64,000 nt of DNA from Podarcis tiliguerta. Its lineage: Eukaryota. The translations under genes were made by a program, and so were the position numbers. The DNA lies in NCBI GenBank assembly GCA_965153285.1, contig OZ229110.1. The stretch is one strand, 5' to 3'. Under the pieces are notes generated by a model. It was not told the DNA's origin, did not search any database, and saw only the letters and a list, made by a program, of their open reading frames with translations. Of the stretch, positions 61,801 through 64,000 are shown in pieces; positions within the stretch are counted from its first letter, which is position 1; every line of letters starts with the position of its first letter.

Positions 61801-63790
61801 CATGAGAAATGCAATTTGCTAAGGTTGACATTAAGGAGGAAGGATTACCGTTCCCAGGATACTTTGGGGGAAGTCATGGGTTTTAAATGTGCATTGGATG
61901 TGCTTTAAATGTATGATGTGAATCTGCCCAGAGTCTGGTGACATCCTTAAGGACCACGGATTCCCCATCCCCAGAATCAACTTGCTCCTACTAACTCCTT
62001 GTTGTTCTCTCCTGCTTCTTTACCGCCCCCGTCTACTCACTTAAAGAACTGCATCTTTGCTGCATCTCCAGCTCCCATGATTCCCTAGTCTAGTTGAGTC
62101 CACTAAAGCAGCAGTGGGGAACCCGTGACCCCATCAGATATTGTTGAACTACAACTCCCATGAGCCTTAGCCAGCATGGACAGTGCTAATGACAGTCCAG
62201 CAGCATCTGAACGGCCACAAGACGCCTCCTTATCTGAACCATTGTCTGCTTTTCCTCCAGTTTCCTGATAAACATCCAGGGCAGCATCTTGGTCAACTTG
62301 AATTAGAACCCAGAATGATCTTTTGAGAGGATATAGAGCAGTCCCATGTATAGCCATACAGTTGCTAGAGTAAAAAAAAAAATTACCTGGCTGGACACCC
62401 AGTCCAAGTTCTTGTCATAATCTATAATCATGGGTATGTGATTCATTTGGGAGACCCAGACAAACCAGGAGCTTTCCAAGATTCTGCATGGGGAAATAGA
62501 GTAGTAATACAGTAGAAAGCGTAATTCACTAATCCAATCATATTGGGAAAATGCTTTTTTTTTTTTTAAAGCCTTGTGTGAAATCTGGTGTCTTGCACAA
62601 AAATCTGACTCCCTGAAAACATCACACTCATTTTCCTGTGTTTTCAAACTGAACTGAAAAGGTGGCTTTCACATTATTTTATTTATAAAGCCACAAGCAG
62701 AAAAAACTAAAAGTGAATAGACGGTCCCATAGCAGCAAGCAAACCTTTCCCATCTCTGCTCAACTCATAATTGCAATGCAGCTCTGAACTCTCTTCCCAT
62801 TCTGTCATTTTTAGGAAAGACAATCTTCAGCAGATATTGTGAGCAACTCAGTAGAAAACATTGCAAGCAGAACTTCCTGACCCCGCCCTCCAAAATAACC
62901 CCAGTAAGGCACAGTCAGACACAGAAAAGTGTTCATCACCGGAGGAATGGAATCCAATCAGCCCTGCTGGCTTACTAGCTTACTAGGCTCTCTCAGAGTC
63001 TCAGTGTTTAACTTTTTACTTGTAATATGCCAAGAGAAAACAATTTCTTTTAGAAAAGTACAGTAACTTACAGCTAACTTTGAAAATTCATTTTAATCAA
63101 AGGACCAGATAGGAAACATAGTATTCAATAAAACAAGGCGTTTGCAGGCTTTTTCAATGGTGTTTCAAATATATGCGATTTCACTTAAACCCACGGTGCC
63201 TTGGAACATAAATTAGGAGTTGCCTGCATACAAAACAAAAGGGTTGGAGTGTGTGTGTCGTATGTTTGTTTGGCTTGCCTTGCGGCCTCAGTGCACATAG
63301 GGACAGCTTCAAAAATAAGGAGCATCTTGTGCACATTTGTATTTCAATAAAGGCCTATCTTTTCACTGGGAGCCTGCATCCTTATCCTGGGTGCCTGGGA
63401 AGGATACCTGTTCTTGTCTAGGAACCTCATTTTGAATTTCATTAGAAGCATTTGGGGATGCTTCTAATGCCTGTCTTGCTATTTTGCAGACTTCTTGTAG
63501 GACTGAAGTCCACAAAGGGTTGAATTTTGGGGCATTTCCACCACAGAAATATAGATGGCCCACCAAGCCAGCTGAAGTTGGTCATGGTGAAGTCCAATTT
63601 AACTAAAAGGATAAGTCAGCCAACGCAAGCTCAAGTCCCATTGCTTTGAGTAAATTTAGTTGAATCGGGAGGGGTTTTGTGCTGTACAATACCTGACCAA
63701 AAAGAAGAATATAAGAAGACTCTTTATTTCTAGAAAACACCCATAGACGATGAAGAATCGGATGAAGAAGCTCAGCATGCAGGCAATATC
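58826..63790 (-). CDS. FADS1: FADS1-like front-end acyl-CoA desaturase, last five coding exons: 63790-63693, 62483-62387, 60403-60324, 59891-59766, 58877-58826 (5'-partial)
   Basis: Exon sizes 98/97/80/126/52 nt. Translation includes [13 protein letters not shown], third His box [21 protein letters not shown] (FADS1-type) and WLDAYLHK*. Convergent with FEN1. Could be a FADS1 paralog. Confidence 0.85.
61642..61973. mobile_element. hAT-type MITE interrupted by a second MITE (inner element 61741-61929, about 31-bp TIR starting GGGCAG)
   Basis: Outer ends cagggatggggaa...ttccccatcccc; inner ends GGGCAG..CACA(C/T)CATACATTTAAAGCACA in inverted orientation. Confidence 0.65.
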
Positions 63791-64000
63791 CTAACAAAAG
63801 GAAGAAGCTGTCAGAATGGAAAAAGCTTAGTTCACATTGTTATTGTCCCCTACAATCCTTTACCCCAGAGATGCAACAGAAAGTTTTGCTGATAGGCCTT
63901 GTGGTTGAAACAAGACTGTGATTGAAGTACTTAAGCTAACATAACATAATGTCATTTAACCAATGTTGAGCAGAAACTGCTTTTTTTTGTTTGTTTAAAG

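Overview
Vertebrate genomic DNA, very probably a lacertid-type lizard (Sauria SINEs, squamate MITEs and LINE fragments). The window covers the conserved MYRF-TMEM258-FEN1-FADS block. MYRF (+) is 5'-truncated: 24 coding exons at 5794-40899 (equivalent to human exons 4-27), then a probably long 3'UTR to about 46.8 kb. TMEM258 (-) is complete (79 aa; ATG-only first coding exon, a U12-type intron and a 3'UTR intron). It shares a CpG-island bidirectional promoter with FEN1 (+, single coding exon, 382 aa). The last five coding exons of a FADS1-like desaturase (-) lie at 58826-63790. The rest is intronic or intergenic, with SINEs, LINE fragments, MITEs and microsatellites. I see no wholly new biological system. 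The best second-look items are: (1) an in-frame 66-nt candidate cassette exon at the end of the MYRF DNA-binding domain; (2) a dense cluster of miR-199-5p/miR-145 seed sites in the MYRF 3'UTR; (3) a 1.23-kb TSD-flanked non-coding L1-type retroposon with a YY1-like 5' end in the FEN1 intron; (4) a hAT MITE family that spreads ZNF143/THAP11 motifs; (5) a divergent FADS1-like paralog. Protein comparisons are from my recall of the human proteins; no searches were run.
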